Source of the DNA: Candidatus Parcubacteria bacterium
GTDB taxonomy: Bacteria > Patescibacteriota > Saccharimonadia > Saccharimonadales > 2-12-FULL-41-12
Assembly (NCBI GenBank): GCA_019347895.1
Contig: JAHWKM010000003.1
Span: forward strand, 771 to 64,770
DNA length: 64,000 bases
Direction: 5' to 3'
Shown in pieces: positions 62,902 to 64,000 of this stretch. Each line of letters opens with the position of its first letter. The first letter of the stretch is position 1. The notes beneath the pieces are model-generated. The model was not told where the DNA came from and did no database searches. It saw nothing but the letters and a program-made list of their open reading frames with translations. A program made the translations under genes and the position numbers.

Positions 62902-63598
62902 ATAAAATTGACTCCAGTGATTTTCCGGCGTGCTGAACTAAATGCATTGTATCGCGATAGCTTTGGCGGGTGGGTCCAAGTACGCCGACGTAGCTTCGGT
63001 CAGAGTATGAGCTGCGGAATTTGCTGATTATCAAGCTGCAACCCGCTCCGCGGCCAATTGGATTTTCGCCGCCTATAAAGACATTCAGAGGTTTATTGGG
63101 GGCTGTCTCATGAAGCCATGGTTCAAGATTGTCCAGCAAACGCGCGACTTCACGAACTTGGCCGGGATGCATAAATTCAGGCTGGCCGAAAAGATTGGAA
63201 AGACCGCTCATATAAAGCCGGTCGCCGATAGTTGCCAAACCTAAATTGTGCGTCAATTCAACTAGCGTATCCACGGCATTGCGAATGGTTTGTTCGGGCC
63301 TTCCCCCATGGCTTACCCTGGAGGTAAGAGCTCTTTCACCGGAAGAAATTTGCCTTGGCTCGGGAGCTTCGGAGACTATATTAACGTAGTGCCTATAGCC
63401 TTTGTCTGTCGGTACCCGTCCGGCGCTAGTATGCGGCTGCGAAATAAAGCCCAGTTGTTCCAGCTCGGACATTTCGGAGCGGATAGTAGCGCTTGAGACA
63501 TTGAAAACCTTGGCTAGCAGACTGCTGCCTACAGGGACCGCTACTTCGGCATACTGCTCAACAATAGCTTTTAGAATCTCTTGCTGGCGCTCTGTCAT
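62894..63598 (-). CDS. hrcA: heat-inducible transcription repressor HrcA (short form)
   Basis: N-terminal wHTH LTERQQEILKAIVEQY...PVGS..L......SSATIRSEMSELEQLGFI.QPHTSAGRVPTDKGYRHYV. Confidence 0.8.
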   Translation of the reverse strand: MTERQQEILKAIVEQYAEVAVPVGSSLLAKVFNVSSATIRSEMSELEQLGFISQPHTSAGRVPTDKGYRHYVNIVSEAPEPRQISSGERALTSRVSHGGRPEQTIRNAVDTLVELTHNLGLATIGDRLYMSGLSNLFGQPEFMHPGQVREVARLLDNLEPWLHETAPNKPLNVFIGGENPIGRGAGCSLIISKFRSSYSDRSYVGVLGPTRQSYRDTMHLVQHAGKSLESILYA

Positions 63599-63616
63599 AC
63601 CGGCAAGTATATAAAA

Positions 63617-63643
63617 TTAGCACTCAAGGGTCAAGAGCGCCAA
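63617..63643 (-). promoter_or_regulatory. CIRCE operator upstream of hrcA
   Basis: TTAGCACTC-aagggtcaa-GAGCGCCAA. Confidence 0.75.
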
Positions 63644-63655
63644 CCTATATTGATT

Positions 63656-64000
63656 TTATTCTAAATTTACTTTTACGGCTCTCATGTGCCTGGCAATACG
63701 AACTAAATCTAAATCTCCGAGCTCATCAACCCTTCCTTCAATTGACTGGGGCTGGTTTTCGACATCAAGCCTGATGAGAATACTGCCCATACCATGCTCA
63801 ATTCTGGCACGGCTTTCAAATCTTCTGAAAGGTTTAAACGAACTTAAATAAGTATCTGTAGTCTCGCTATCATAACTAACCCTAACAGTATCCTTTAAAT
63901 CCTCTCTGTAATTCCTGTATGTTCCGGCGGAAGGCTGATCTGCTAATCTGCTTTTGGCAATACCCCGTATAGAAGCTTCATTGCGCTTAATACTTCTTGT
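63656..64000 (-). CDS. hypothetical protein, C-terminal 114 aa (5' part beyond window end)
   Basis: Manual minus-strand translation is open from 64000 to TAA at 63656-63658: TRSIKRNEASIRGIAKSRLADQPSAGTYRNYREDLKDTVRVSYDSETTDTYLSSFKPFRRFESRARIEHGMGSILIRLDVENQPQSIEGRVDELGDLDLVRIARHMRAVKVNLE*. Not in supplied track. Confidence 0.5.
   Translation of the reverse strand, partial: TRSIKRNEASIRGIAKSRLADQPSAGTYRNYREDLKDTVRVSYDSETTDTYLSSFKPFRRFESRARIEHGMGSILIRLDVENQPQSIEGRVDELGDLDLVRIARHMRAVKVNLE

Overview
This window reads like a compact, gene-dense bacterial chromosome segment. Gene content and style suggest a CPR/Patescibacteria (Saccharibacteria-like) genome, but that assignment is inference only. 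Recognisable housekeeping genes include:
- Folate/one-carbon: 5-FCL, folC, glyA and a RibD_C/DHFR-like gene.
- Cell wall: murB, an HTH-murA fusion and an M23 peptidase.
- A thiamine salvage operon behind a TPP riboswitch.
- PLP synthase pdxST.
- recA/recX and ruvABC-yebC.
- RNase Y and tsaBE.
- hrcA-grpE-dnaK-cutA-dnaJ with CIRCE operators.
- A secretin-less type IV pilus cluster (pilB, pilC, pilins, pilMNO).

Seven canonical tRNA genes with encoded CCA are present: Lys-CUU, Arg-UCG, Gly-UCC, Arg-UCU, His-GUG, Pro-UGG and Lys-UUU.

The most unusual signal is non-coding. Every Lys, Arg and Pro tRNA gene, but not Gly or His, is flanked by tRNA-derived satellite sequences that carry conserved, hairpin-rich modules I cannot assign to any RNA class I know. 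The modules sit in the T-loop or variable region, and in one case also in the D-arm. I count eight module copies in two classes. They share the 5' motif GAGAA-hairpin-TTCGCAAG and show compensatory base changes in their stems. They are arranged in a recurrent order:
1. An interrupted 5' tRNA copy.
2. The real tRNA.
3. A palindromic terminator.
4. An antisense copy of the tRNA 3' third.
5. An interrupted sense copy of that 3' third, ending in CCA.

Secondary points:
- Domain fusions: HTH-MurA, a TM-anchored Clp/Hsp100, and CDP-alcohol phosphatidyltransferase-DAG kinase.
- A small accessory block next to tRNA-Pro (HNH protein, SHOCT/Zn-ribbon protein, unknowns).
- Free-standing LAGLIDADG and GIY-YIG genes beside tRNAs.
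- Several apparently leaderless promoters.
- Three homopolymer-associated frame disruptions.

All calls come from reading the sequence and the supplied ORF translations. No database search was run.
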